Shown here piece by piece: positions 38,667 to 52,654 of a DNA stretch of 64,000 bases. The stretch is from positions 13,890,001-13,954,000 of the forward strand of contig CM052817.1 in NCBI GenBank assembly GCA_028534125.1, in the 5' to 3' direction. Within the stretch, counting starts at the first letter, position 1, and each line of letters begins with the position of its first letter. The translations under genes were made by a program, and so were the position numbers. The DNA is from Lama glama (taxonomy: Eukaryota). The notes beneath the pieces are model-generated. The model did no database searches. It saw only the letters and a program-made list of their open reading frames with translations, and was not told the origin of the DNA.

Positions 38667-38890
38667 CTTTCAAAGAAGCTGTGTGAGGAGGTTATGCAGT
38701 GGTTCCGAGGACGCTGCCTTTGTTCACACATTTTGGAGCTCCCCTATTGGGAATTCCCTTTAAATTCTGGCTACCGTCAAGCTACCAATCCTCTGCATCA
38801 GTGAGAATGAGAATGAATGGGATTTTTAGAGCCACATTCTTATCAGTAAGCATTTCTGAAAATGCCTTGTGGGCCCTGGTGACGTGATGA
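38667..38890 (-). promoter_or_regulatory. Candidate additional KCNIP4 promoter and short first exon
   Basis: Repeat-free and locally CpG-enriched. CRE-like TGACGTGA at 38880-38887, half-CRE CGTCA at 38775-38779, TATA-like ATTTAAAG (- strand) at 38765-38758, and donor GAAAG|GTAAAA with GT at 38666-38665. Confidence 0.45.
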
Positions 38891-41285
38891 GAACCGTGGT
38901 AATGGCTCGAGTTTCACATGGCCGCTTCTCTCTCTCTCTCTCCTCACCAGGAGTGTCCCATCTGGCTTAGCAGCAAACGTGGGCTCCTGAAGCCAGGAGT
39001 GGTTGGCCACGATTCCACTTGCATATTGTTTCCAAGTGCATGAAGTCAACAGAACCTAAAGTCTGCCTGAAGCCCACATGTGTCCTCACTGACATTATCA
39101 TGAAAAATAACTCGAGCTTTATCCAACTCACAGAAAAGGCACAGCCCCTTCTCATCATATTTAGACTACTTTATGTCTTGTAAACAGTGTCACCAAAAGG
39201 GGAGATGTGCAAGGATGAGAGGTAAAACGCGTAAGCAACTTGGCTATTTTTCATTAACTTACGCAACGTTTTGCTAGGGAAGGAAGTCAAAATCCATGGT
39301 TAGAATAAGCCTTTTGTGTTATCATTGAATTTCAATTATGTACTATCCCTGCCTACATTACCTGGGATAATGAGAAGTTCACAGCATCACTGTTAGTCAC
39401 AGAAACCCTAATAATTAATTTCTTGCTACCCAGGGTAGAAATGAGCCTCTACAATTCTATTTGATTTGGAAAAAGCATCTTGGATTCACCATTCCCTTAA
39501 GCTCTTGACCTTGAAGTCTGAAACCGGATTTTGAAAAGGTCATTTTTTCTATATATTATATCAGTTATTTACTTTTTATTTTTGAGACTTACATACTGTG
39601 TATCAAAGTACTTTGTTACTACTGTACCACCACACAGTAGAAAAGACACTGATACACTACTACCTGTTTTCTTTTCATTCTAAAACCCTGTTACTTTGTC
39701 CTGCTCACTGATATGTATCCCTAATAACTGCAAGTTTATACATGAACTTGGAATTTGTTTTGTTGAAGACTCTGGACGTAAAGAGAAGTTTATTTCTCTC
39801 TTCATGGATTTAATCGTGTAACTTTAGAAGGTTAGTAAAAATCCTCCTGAGTTTATATTTTTCCCAGACATCAGAAACATGAAGAGTCATTCAATCAGGA
39901 ATTGTTTAGGGGGAAAAAAAGTATATTTAAGCCTTAAACAAGCTATGGAGAAAGCTCAATGTAACTTTTCCTGTTAAAAATAAAATGAACTCTGGAGTAT
40001 TACTAATTTGATAATGGCTGTGCACACCTGGAAAGAATGAGGTGCAACTCTAAGCAGATGACACACCAGAGATTTAAAGAGAACTTAAGTCACTCAGGAA
40101 AAAACACATTAAAATACATTCAGGGAGTACAAATTCTAATGTGGTACTCAGGGCCTGCCTGCTCTCTTCACAGGCAAAAAGAGGAAAATGCCAAAGCTAA
40201 GCTTAAAAGGGGCCAAGGCCTGTCTCCTTTCCAAGATCAACCAGGCACTGTTGATTCTCCGCACCGTCAGGCAGGTTTGCTAACAGCTGTGCTCATCTGG
40301 TCCTATTTGCATGTGGTTGGATCAATCATATCTGAAGTAAGAAGAGACTTATGGAGCAACAAACCAACAGATTCCATGACGTGGCATGGAATGAACCTTG
40401 CCTGAAGCCCTGCTATGATCTTGGGAGTCAGTGTGTAATTAGTTATTCCTTTATGTTTAAATCCATAGTCTACCTCTAAAACCTGCCTACCAATTACCAG
40501 GATTCTTCTTTTTGCTTAGGAAGTCCCCAAATGTTGGCTACCTCCCTGGATCCCTGGAAGTTGCCTTCTCTTCAGTGTCCCACTGCGGTAATCTAGCTAT
40601 CCACCCAATATGAGCCTACTACTGCCTCTTGCTGAATTTGTCTATCCTTGAGTTACCTAGTAACCTGTTAAGTATCAGTACACATGAAATAGCTATGGCC
40701 CATCAAGATTAATGCCCTTCTACCCATGGTGGCGTCAGATAAGCTTTGCTTTCTACCACCCTACACAGGCATACACAGATACATGTATGCACACAATCAT
40801 ACATACAATCAGTGAAAAGTCTGTTCCACAGCAATCCGCTCAGTTCCAGTGAAAAACATTCCTTGTGAGAGGTTTTTTAATGATTATGTCATATTAATGG
40901 GTAGCAGACACAAATTAATGGATCCAGGGTAAAATTTTTTAAATGGAACTGACTGGGAATCTAGGTGAATAAATTTTGATGGCATGATAAAGAAATACTA
41001 AGGCCCACACCTAAACAGTACAGTGGGTGAGTCCAGCCTGGAAGTGCCTGGGTTGGCAGGAATAGCACGGTCAGGGCACTCCCAGGAGCCCGAAAGAGTG
41101 AACTCATGAGACTGGAGAGAAGACCATGGACAAGGGACTGCCTCATGTGTAATTACTCCACGGTTAATGGGTTATGTGGAGCTGAACTGGTGAAGAACAA
41201 TGATGGCCAGACCTGATATCTGTCCACATCTTCACAGTTTTCAGAGCATTTTTCACACTTCTCATGTTATTTTATCTTCATGAGA

Positions 41286-41420
41286 AGGGCTAGAACTAAG
41301 AGAAAGCACCTCTTAGTTCTAAGTGAGGCACCAAGGGTGCAAACTTCAAGGTGGGGCTGTTGCTGAGGTCCTGCAGGTGTCTCACGCACTTCGCTCACGA
41401 CACCCTAGTCTGGGCTGCTG
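41286..41420. mobile_element. MER91-like (hAT-Tip100) fragment interrupting a MIR
   Basis: agggctagaactaag...gggtgcaaacttcaagg...ccctagtctgggctgctg; MIR-like sequence on both sides. Confidence 0.4.
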
Positions 41421-42029
41421 TCATGCCCAGAGAAAGCATTAATTCTGTTAGATATTAGGAAAGTTAGGTACACAGAATTTAAGTGCAGTGTCACTAATAG
41501 TGTTGAATCTGGGTTTAAACACTTGTCCCCCTGACTCCTGGGAAAAATGTAATGTTTATTTACTTCAGACAATCTCAGTCAGGACTTACACTGCATTAAT
41601 TGGCAAAACAAAAAATTGGCAACATAAAGAACCCTACTACACTTATTTACTGTGAAGTGGTTTTTTTGTTGTTGTTGTTTTGTTTTTTCCGGAAAGAAAG
41701 AATGGGAAACTGCAGCCAGCAAGATTTTAGCCTTGGATTGGCATTATGTGTAAGGCACTTCCATTTCAGAAAGACACAGACAAACTGAAAACCATTTACA
41801 GAATGACAAAAATATGATTAGAGGATAGAAAAGTTTGATTTATGAGGCCAGATTAAAGGAGATAAATGCCTATTACTTGGCTAAGTGACAACCAAGGGAA
41901 ATGGTAAGAATCTACAAATATTGGAATAATGTAAATATGGCTAACACAGAGGACTTTTATGTGTGCTACAAGATAGAACTAGTGGAATGGAATAGAATAA
42001 AATGTGAAGTTGTAGACAATAAGAAGAGG

Positions 42030-42268
42030 GCTAAATTGGAGGTTGGGATTTATAGATACTAAGTACTGTATATAAAATATATAAGCAACAAGGTCCTGCT
42101 GTAGAGCACAGGGAACTACACTCAATATTTTGTAATAGCCTATAATGAAAAAGAATATGGAAGGAATATATATATATATATAAATATACAACTGAATCAC
42201 TATGCTGTACACCAGAAACTACACAACATTGTAAATCAACTCTACTTCAATAAAAAGAAGAAAGAAAA
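42030..42268 (+). mobile_element. Short artiodactyl-type L1 3' end with probable TSD
   Basis: aagcaacaaggtcctgctgtagagcacagggaactacactcaatatt...aactgaatcactatgctgtacaccagaaact...cttcaataaaaa; aagaagagg repeated at 42021-42029 and 42269-42277. Confidence 0.88.
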
Positions 42269-42314
42269 AAGAAGAGGAATTTTGGAAAGAGTAATTGTTG
42301 AGTAGCAAAATATA

Positions 42315-42488
42315 AAAGGAGGAGGAAGAGAAAGGGGAGAGAGGAGAAGAAAAAAATAAGATCAGGAGTATAAGGAAGAAGAAAGAAAGCAAGGAAGGAG
42401 GGAGAGAAGGAAGAAGAGAGACAGAAAGGGAGGGAGGGGAGGAGGGAGGGAAGGAGATGGGGAGGAAGGAAGGAAGGGATGAAGGAAA
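42315..42488. repeat. GA-rich low-complexity tract
   Basis: aggaggaggaagagaaaggggagag...gggagggaaggag. Confidence 0.85.
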
Positions 42489-44059
42489 TTTCAATTCCCC
42501 CAACCTCCTTGTACATATTTCTCCATAAAATATACCAGAAATATTGACATTGGCTTCTGGATAGAATTTTCTTTTTCAAATTTCAAAGACTTAAATAATT
42601 ATCATCATTTTAATAAATAAATGTTCTTTGGTGACTTGCGAAAGATAGGATTCCATAGCGAGCAAGGAATGTTTCTGTAAAACTGCTCAGTTTAACAAAA
42701 GAAGTTACCAAAAAAAGAAGAGGTGGGGGAAATGAGTCAGGAAACTGTCTTATTCCACCATACCTAGTAATAGGAAATATAAGAAACACATTTCTGGCAG
42801 GGCTCAGGTGGAGAAAACATCTCCCCAGTCAAAGCCAGTCAGAGATCGCATCAACACCCTACCTCAGGGGAGAAGGCTGCCACTAAATCAAAAAGAGACA
42901 GTAATGGGGAGCTGATGTAGCTGTGCAAAGCCACTGCTGCTATTAAATTCAGGGCCTGGGCACAGGGAAGTTACCAACCTTTGGCTAGCCTGCTACACAT
43001 AAGAGTTATTGTAATTGAAAATGAAGTGTAAGAGCTCCCTGGCACATATCCTACTTTGAAAATCCAACACATAATAATGCTATTAAAATAAAGGCAACTG
43101 GAAATAACATATAGTCCCATTGTCTCTTTGTAGCTGACACCCATCTTCTTAAGGAGTCCTTCGTGTTTCTTTCTTCTACTATAAAATGGCAAAGTGGCAA
43201 AAAAAAAAAAAAGTGCTCCTTTTAGGTGAATCACAAGGTTAACATGGGTTGAGCACCAACTAGGTTCCAAACATTGTGCCAGCCCTGTCTCTCTTATAAC
43301 CTCCTATGCTACTGAGATCATATCCTCCATTTCAGAGATTAAAAATCCGAGGTCAAAGAAGTTAAGTAATTTGCCATAAATCACTTAGATAGTAAGAGAA
43401 AGAGCCAGGAATGAATAGAACTCCAGTCTGCTTATCTTCAAAGTATTCCCATTATATCTAACACTCAGCAAGTTGCCCAAAGTGTAACACACAGCAGGCA
43501 CTCAATTACTCAGAATGAATTGATTTGAAAGAAATTGATGGTATAATTGAAATGTGAAGAGAATCTCCAACAACTTTGGCCATAACTTGATGAAGTATTG
43601 CCAAATTTTCACCAACTGTTGAATTATGTATGAGCCAATTACAGCCACATCTATAAAGTGGCACCTTTCAAGGACAAAGTATCTCTTGCTCTCTTTGGTA
43701 CTATGTTACCACATAATATACTAGATTTCCTCGGTCTCATATAAACAGAAAATAAGCCTCACGTTCGGATTACTTCAATAAACGCTAAACTGCGTAAAAC
43801 AATATATATGATCATTTTATGTCTCGTAGGATATCAGGCTGACTGAGAAATAAGACTGACAATCAATATGTAGTATTCGATTGCCTAAATATAAAAAAAA
43901 ATACTGTTTATGTGCTCCCAAGAAGATACAGAGAAATAGGAGACTCGGGCTTTATATTTACAAAACTTACAGCTCCACTGGAAGGCAAGATACAAATGAA
44001 AGGGAAGGTAAATAAATCAAAGTTTAAACAGCCACCTGAGATTTTCTTTCCCACAGATG

Positions 44060-44420
44060 TCATTCAGCTAATATTTAGTGAAGGCCTGCTATGTACCAGA
44101 ACTTGTATTAGGCATCAGCATAAGAGTAAGACGAGTTCATTTTTCTCAAGAACCCTACAGTCTAGTAGGAGGGAAAACTTGTAAACATACAGTTTCAAAG
44201 CAAAATGCTTAGCAAGTTAGAGAAAGATATATGGTGCTACGGAATGTAGATGAGGAAAGGTTAATTCTGCTGAAAATGGGCCTGAAGATTTTATCAAGGA
44301 AGTCTTTCCAAAGGAAGTGAGGCCCAAGGGGCTTCTTGAAGATTAAGCAGGAATTTTCCAGGCCAACAAGGAAGAACACTCCAAGAACAGGAAACATCAT
44401 GTACCAGTCTATGCTTCTAA
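44060..44420 (-). mobile_element. L2 fragment
   Basis: cattcagctaatatttagtgaaggcctgctatgtaccag...cagtctagtaggaggg...ttgaagattaagcaggaattttccagg. Confidence 0.65.
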
Positions 44421-46004
44421 AATAATGGAAGAATGTGGCAGATAGTGATAAGGAAGCCTTCTTAGCAAAATCACTAATACTTGATGGAGAGGATGGTATA
44501 AATATAACTTTAAAATGTTCAATTCCAGGTTCCTTTTTTTTTTTCCAGGTCCACTTGAATGTCAATAAATACTGTGATGAGTTCAAGGCCATCTCAGGTA
44601 GGATCTTATCCTGACCAGCGTATTGGCAAGTTTCCCTTCTTTGCTGCAGGACAGTTCATTCAAAGCAATACGTTCAGATGCCATAAGCTAAAGCATCCTT
44701 CCTGTTTAGCATGTCTAATGTATGAGGACCATCACTAACTTTGTATAAATCACCTAGTTTATCATTTAAATGTTCAACAGTGTTCAAGAGCATATCTACT
44801 TTTTGGAAAGTAATCATAAGTGCAGCAGAGGCATCATGAAACATCTGATTAGGAAAATGAAGTGGGAATCATTCCTTTCAAACGCACAATTACAAAAGTT
44901 GTATACACTGATCAGCATGGATATGCTACAGAAATTTCTGACTCTGAATAACTGTTAGAATCTCACGAAAATTGCTGTGAAGCATTCTGTTGAAGAATTG
45001 GGTATAAGGAACACAGTGGAATCAAAGTTATAGGAAATACAGACAATAAAACTTGCAAGCACAGAATTCTGATTATAAGAATTCTAGAAATTAAACAGCT
45101 GCACTCTCCACTTTCACACAAAAATAAACTAGAAGACCGAGAGATGACATTCACCTTGCCCATTTCTAGGTTAGGAAAAGCTTTATGTATTAATTCTCTC
45201 AAAGTGAAAACAAGGAATAAGTTCACATTTAATCCTGGACAAATTTAATTGAAACCTCGTAAAACATTCCACATGAGTGGTTTTCAACAAAAAATGCGAT
45301 GTCCTTACAGAGTAACGGGCTTTAGAGCTTCCTCTTCAAACATAATCAGCATTGTCATTGAACTTGGTCACTCCCACCTCCTGTGAATGATTGCCTTTTG
45401 CAAATGAATTTTAGCAGAAACTCCCCACTCCGTTCTCATCAGTGTCTTTACCTCTATTTTTTTTTTTATTGCTTCTTGAAGAGTGCCCACTGTTTTCTAA
45501 GCCGTGCCTTGCCCATCACTTCTGGCAGGGCTCAACTGCGCGTTTAAGACATTGGGTGGCTGGTTCAGAAAGCTAAGACCAGTCTCCTCAAAGTCAAACC
45601 TGAATCAGCACTGAATTAAATTGGATTTACTCCTGATTTGGTCCAAACTCCATTCCTCTTTTGACCTCTGTTTTCCCAGCTCCTGATCATCTGTCCTGAT
45701 TCACATAGAAGACTATATCCTGCTCTTCCTTGGCTGACAGAGTCTCTCATTTTGACCTTCTATCACAAACTTTGACTGTAGTCCTTGACTGTTTCTTGCT
45801 CTTTGGGTTAAAACCACCACTCAGGTATGCCTTTCCCTGTCCGGACCCAACAGTTCATGGTTTCTGTTTCACAGGTTATACCCTGTGTCAACTTAGAACA
45901 ATTTCTTGCACGCTCATTTCCCTCAATATGCTTTTTAAAAATTATGTTTTATTCTCCCTTCCTTTTCCTCTCTCTCTTAACACACATACATACACTTTTT
46001 TTAA

Positions 46005-46480
46005 ACACCTTATTGTGGTATAATTTCTGTACAGTAAATTACACATATTTCAGATGTATAATTTGACGAATTTTGATAGATGTATACACCAATGAAACCA
46101 TCATCACAATCAGAATAGCTAATATTACCATCACTCCTCAAGGGGTGCAAATTTCGAATCCCCAATTTATCCCTTCCCACCATCTTTACCCCCAGGTAAC
46201 AATAAGCTTATTCTCTATGTCCTGAGTCTGTTTCTGTTTTATAGATAAGATCATATTTTTCATTTGTGTCTATTTTTTAGATTCCACATATAAGCTATAT
46301 CATGTTATTTTTCTTTCTCTTTCTGGCTTACTTCACTTAAAATAACAATCTCCAGGTCCATCTATGTTGCTGCAAATGGCATTATTTTATTACTACACTA
46401 TCAAATATCTGTTTACATTGTATCTACGAATTTCACATGCAATTATATAGTTTGTATCTCATAGTAATATATAAAATCTA
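46005..46480 (-). mobile_element. Composite L1 3' fragments (old L1M 3' end joined to a younger artiodactyl-type L1 piece at ~46190-46392)
   Basis: ttattgtggtataattt...atgtatacaccaatgaaaccatcatcacaatcag; then tttttagattccacatataag...tggcttacttcactta...ccatctatgttgctgcaaatggc. Confidence 0.7.
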
Positions 46481-49139
46481 AACACAAGGAGTCCTTCTCC
46501 TATCTCCTTTGCCTGGAAATTGGAGCCCAGTAAATTGTATTGAGTGAGCAAAATTTGGGGGTGTATTCATTCATTTATTCATTCAGCAGATATTTATTGA
46601 GTGCCTGATATGTCAGGCATACTGAGTGCTACAATCACAACAGATTTATTCACATGACATTTCTCAGACTGTTTCACTTTCTCTACCTTGCACATATCTT
46701 TTTTATGAGTACTCTCTCCTCTCTTGTCTTCTTAAAAATCTCTATTCCTCCTTCACGATTTAATTTAAATACCAAATTTTTCATGAAATACTTTCTAACC
46801 TTTAGAAGTTTATCAGTCCCTTCTCTTTAATATCATCCCAGAATATGGCATTTTACCAAATTTCATAGTAATTACTTGCTCATGTCTCTCTCTCCTCCCA
46901 GTTAGATTTATTCTATGGGGAGACATCTGATCTCTGCCTCTTCAGTACTTGTGTCTACTATGCATGGCACATGATAGATCCTCAGTCAACAGTAAATAGT
47001 ATGATAATAAGAGCATCTGTATATATGGTATTTACTATGAAGTCAACATACTGCAGTTTAATAGTATTACCCATAAGCAAGTTCAAACCAAGTAATTCCA
47101 GAGACCTCTAAAATTTAAAAACTTTTTAGTGTTAATTCAGACCAGTTTATTTTTTAATGGAATCATAAACAATACATTTAATTGTCCTATCTTCTAAAAT
47201 GCACTGCATTACAAAACCCATGGGGAATTTATACTAACCTCTCTGTTGTCACCCAGACATAGGGAGTATGATGTAATTTAATTATTCCTGGTATACTGTG
47301 AGTAGCCAAATCTAAGGATTCTGGTTGTTTATTATTAGAACAGGACTTCCTTCACCATTTACCTTACAACCATTCAATTTTACCGTTTTTATGGTAATGA
47401 CTCCTGATTTATATCTCCAGCTCAGAAGCCCCTGCACTCCAAGTTTCTTTTCCATCTCAGTACGAGTCACCTCCACTGGAATTTCTCAGAGACGTGTAAA
47501 GCACGATTTGTCCAAAAGAGAACACTCAGTTCTACCCTCACTCCTCTCCATCACTGTAAATGGCACTGTCGAACAACACAAGTAAGAAGTTCAGGCACAA
47601 TAACCTTTATGTGGTCTTGACTCCACCTTTTCTCTCTCCACTTTCATCCAACCCTTCACAAGCCTAGTCGTTATCCAAAACACAGCAAATTCTTCTCTCC
47701 ATCTCCTGTAATGTACTACATTAGTAATGATTCCTATTACTTCTTGACTTAAGTATTGAAACATCATATTCTCATCATCTTATTTGGTTGCTTCTTATCT
47801 CTCAACACAATTGATAACTTTTCTTTAATAATTACTTCTCTTTGTCTGGGTCTTATTTGCCTTCTTCCTTAGAATATAAAATCTTTTAGGCAAAAACTCT
47901 GACTCTCCAACATGACATTTTACCTCCAGGGACCAGTATGGAACAAAATACTTACTATGTGTTAAACAACGAGTACAGTAAAATAATTAGAAGTAAACAA
48001 ACTCAACAGGCCCTGATAAAGCATCTACTCTCTGTGCATTGACACACTGAACACTGGTACGCACACAATCATACACCTTTAACATGCACAACAGCACTGT
48101 AACGTGCAGAGGCTTATTCCTACTTAACCAAGAAGGAAAGTAAGTTTCTCAAAGTGTTAGTATCACTTTCAGATTTTAACCTAAGTTCCTGAATCTAATC
48201 CCAGTGCTTTGCTTTTTTCATAATCTACGTTATCAAAACAAATGTTTAATTTAAAAACAATTTTTACTTCTTGCTGACATTTCACCATGAAATTCTGTTC
48301 CACCAGGCAAATTGTTAAAAAATAAAAATTCAAGAAAAAAAATGACAACACACACTGCCTTTCTGGCTCTCTCTCTCTAAAAACAGAAACAAAATAAAAC
48401 ACTCATCAATAAAAATCTCCTACATGAACCTGACACATTAAATTAGAGATGTGTTAAAGAGAGAATGGATCTTTCTGGTGATAAGGCTAATGGCTGGAGG
48501 CCAAAAGTCAATTGTCTGCTTGTTTTTTAATAACTCAGTCTAAAACCTTGGGGATTTTTATACTACTACTTCATCATATCACTTCAGAAATAAACTGTAG
48601 GAAACAATAAAGGCATGACTTTTCTAAAAATACTAAAAACTCTAACAGAAAGAGTTCGTAATACGAGTGCCCACTGTCTGCTGCAAAGCCAGTTCAGGAA
48701 GGCAGCCACAAAGACACATCCTTATTTCATCCAATAAGCATTCATAGAGTCCCTAATAGGCAAGCTGAAGCATTGTGCAGAGAGTGTGTGATCTGGGAAT
48801 CAAGGGTTCCAGGCTCTCCTCACCTCTGTATAAGCCTGTGGCATTGAACAAATTACTCAGTGTCTTTATCCTTAAAATAAGGTTAATGTAGTATCTATCT
48901 CATAAGATTATGGTAAGAATAAGAAGACAAACTGAGTAAAATGCCCACTACATAAGAAGATCTGAAAAAAAAAAAGTTAATTTTTTGCAACGGAACAGTG
49001 TATCCTGAGGGGCATCTGGTTGACGTACCCTGCATATTGAGAATGTAAGTTTTAGGAGAGGATGAAATGACAGCTGTGGAGTGGCTGGAGTTGGATAACC
49101 CCAGGTCTTTTAAAAATAAACCATGTCCCTCCCCTATTT

Positions 49140-49670
49140 AAAAACAGTTTTATTGTTGTATAATTTGCATAGCATAAAATCCTCCCATTTGAGTGTACAA
49201 CTAGAATGACTTCTAGCTAATTTACCGCATTGCACAAACACTGCCAAATTCCAACACTGGAACATTTTTATCACCCCCTAAAAGATCCCTCATGCACATT
49301 TGTAATCACTCCTCTTCACACTCCCAGCCCCAGGCAACCTTTAGCTTACTTTCTGTCTTTGTAGATTTGCCTTTTCCAGATATTTCATATAAATGGAATT
49401 ATACAGTACGTGGTCTTTAGTGTCTGGCTTTATCATGTCACATAAGATGAGTGCCAGCCAGTGACAGCATGTATCAACACGCAGTTCTTTTTTATTGCTA
49501 AAAAGTGTTCCATTCTATGAATATACAATGTTGTTCTATTTGCCAGCTGATTGACATTTGAGTTGTTTCCAGTTTTTGACTACTACCAATAATGCTACCA
49601 CAAACATTGGCTTGCAAGTCTTTTTTCTAAACACATATTTTCATCTCTTTTGGGGATATTCCTAAGAATC
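49140..49670 (-). mobile_element. L1 3' end (L1MB/L1ME-like)
   Basis: cagttttattgttgtataatttgcatagc...ccagccccaggcaacc...tttcatataaatggaattatacagta...gttgtttccagtttttgac. Confidence 0.85.
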
Positions 49671-50479
49671 TCCCTTTCCCATTTTAAGTGAAGGATCTGC
49701 CCCTGACAGACTCCAGTGCAACGTGCTGGGGAGAGGAGTGGAGTTCTGACTCCAGCTCACCTATAAGTACTGAGTAGTCGGCAGGTACACTGAAGTGGAG
49801 AAAGCATGTCAGTTCTTGTTCCTGCCCTTGCCCTGCTAAATCTCCTTGTGACCTTGGGAGAGAAGGAAAGCATCTCTCAGCACCCAGGTATCTCCATTTG
49901 GGAGCCAAAGAACTCCCAAGAACTTGACATTCTCTGAATTGTCCTCTACCTTTAGAAGCTTATAATACTTTCAGTTACTAAAGAATTTAAAAACAAACCA
50001 AAAAGACAATCAATGAATTATGTCCCTTGCCTCTAGCATTTTCCAGGCTGGCACTCTGTGGGAGGCCAGCACCAGTTACAAAAGAATGATACAGAAAGCG
50101 AATGACACAGAAAGTCTTTGTATATACTGCTAAGGCTCGTAGAATCCAGAATGTACACGTTGCCACTCTAAATATGTCTGTTTTGCTTTTGAGGTTCTTG
50201 CGTATCACTGTATTTCTCTGACTGTATCTTCTAAGGCAGTCATTTCATTCAAAGTTAACTGTGCATAAAACAAACATCGCTACAACAGATAGGGTGGCTT
50301 ATTTTATCAAACACTTTAAAAAAGTATAAATCCAAGAATGACCATTACTTCCAAAGCAGTCATCTCAATGATTAGACATTTTTTTTTCATTTATTCTGAC
50401 ATTTCTCAGAGCCTACTGTGGTAGTTTTCACTTTGAAATTGCTCTCCAAGTGGTGACAGAGACAATTCTCAAAATTCAT

Positions 50480-51230
50480 TTCAAAAACTTATTATTAAAT
50501 ATTTAACACACAGCAAAAAGTATAAAGAATAACAAAGTGCACATGAATGTACCAATCACAAAGCTTTATAGAAAACGATCTCCAGCCCTTTGGCGATGCC
50601 TTGTACCCCTACTAATCACATTTGCTTTCGTCAAGGCTCTCTTGTCCTTAACCCAAACACGTTTCTGCATTTGATCATGACTATTCCCATGTATATATTT
50701 ATACTTTTCTACATACATATTTTGTCCTAAGTAATGTATGATGTTGGGGTTTTTTTGAGTTTTAAATATTTATATAGATGGTATCACACTATATGTGTTC
50801 CTTAGCAATGTTCTATTTTCACTCTATGTTTGTTAGATTTATTCATAATGATATGTGAGTTCTTTTTCATTAATATTCACAGTGTAGAACATTACATTGT
50901 TTTAAATAAGCCTCAATTATTTATTCCATTTCCTATTGAGATACATTTAGGTGATATCCAATACTTTGCCACTACAAACACTTTACCTATAAGCATTTTG
51001 GGGTTTATCTCTGTGTACATATCAAAGGGTTTCTCCAGGACATATACCTAGGAATGGAATTTCCATATTGTTGCAAAGGGATATCGTCACTTCTAGTATT
51101 TATTGCTTAATTTTCTCCAAAATGTTTGCACCAGCTTTCATTCTACCCATAAAGGTATAAAATTATCACTTCTCCATAACCACCCAAAAGTTGGTACTGT
51201 TACACATTTCAATTTTTATCAGTTGCCAAT
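50480..51230 (-). mobile_element. Old L1 (L1ME-like) 3' fragment
   Basis: atatagatggtatcacactatatgtgttc...catatacctaggaatggaattt...ctccaaaatgtttgcaccag. Confidence 0.7.
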
Positions 51231-52654
51231 GTCATTTTTAAAAATCAGATTTAACCATCATTAAGTATCTACTCTGGATACACTTCTGTGCTCAGTTCTG
51301 TATGGAAAGCAAGGCAAGATGCAATGGAATTGGACGAACCTAATATCCAGCCCTTACTCCTGCCGCCTGTGAGAACCAGGAGGAGTCACTTCACCTCCTC
51401 AGGCCTCCGTTTCTTCATCTGTAATGTGAAGGGCTGGACAAGAACACTTCTCAGGCCTCTTTCCCCTCTGGTCTCCATGCTTCCCAGGAGCTCACCAACC
51501 AGCAGGAGAAACAGCACATGTGTAAGTAAATGTAACACCAACCAAATATACAGGTATGGCATTAGGACCGCATACAAGATAGGATCCAAATACGCAGGAG
51601 GGACTGGGAAGATTCCATCGGGGAGGTTTGGATGAGCTGCATCCAGGGCGGCATGGATGATGCTCTCAGGAATGAGTGAAGGAAAGGAAATGCGGGGAGA
51701 GGAAAGAGCCTGGGTGGAGTTCCAGAGACTGGAGCATGAAGGGAACAGAGGTAGGGGCGGTGTGGCTGCCACACGAGGTGCGAAGTAGGTGCTGCAGGCA
51801 GTGAGGCCAGCTACGTGGCAATTTTATTACGCCAAAGTGTAATAAATCTTCATTATTTTGTTGATGATTTTATTTTTAAACCCCCCTGAAGCTATTTGGA
51901 ATCAAATCTGTAACTAAGGCAGATGGTCAATTTATTTTCACTTTAGAATGAAGCCATAAAACTAATTTCTGTGAGGCTCATAGAGCAAACTGGATAGTCA
52001 CTTCTCAAACAAGATTGCCCAGGGGGTTTGGAAAACAGGAAGAAACATTGTAGAAATAAGACTGTAGCCTCCTCAGCTTACTATTTTGAGTAAACATGCC
52101 CTTTTGGATTTTTGAATTCACGTAGGTTGGTTTAAAAGAGCTCATTACTTAGAGTTATACCTTGTACAGAAAACTCTCAGAAACTGATGGAATCTTAGAA
52201 TTCCAAGACAAAATGTTTAAAGTACAAAATAAATTTTATTCCTGGAAGGAAAAAAATGCCTTCTAGGAAGTTCTAACTTTTTAATACTACAATGACTGAG
52301 AATTTCACTTTAAAAATAATTAATGTGTCTGATTTTGAATAAACTAAATTATCATTGGTTAAGAACATGGACAGAGCAGGCGAAATACATGGGTACAAAT
52401 CGTGATTCTCCCACTATATCCTGAGATTTTTTTTAGGCAAGTTTATGTACTTATGCCCAGTTTGCCAGTATTATATTGCATTTAGCTACATGTAGCAAAA
52501 TACCTAAAATAATTTCCACACATTTAAGTCACTACTATTTTTCCCACATAATAAGAAATCAGAGGCTGGCAGCTCAAGGCTGGTGCAGCAGCTTCATGCT
52601 GTCACAGATGATCCAATGCCCTTCTCTATCTTTCTGACTCACCATTTTTAAAAA

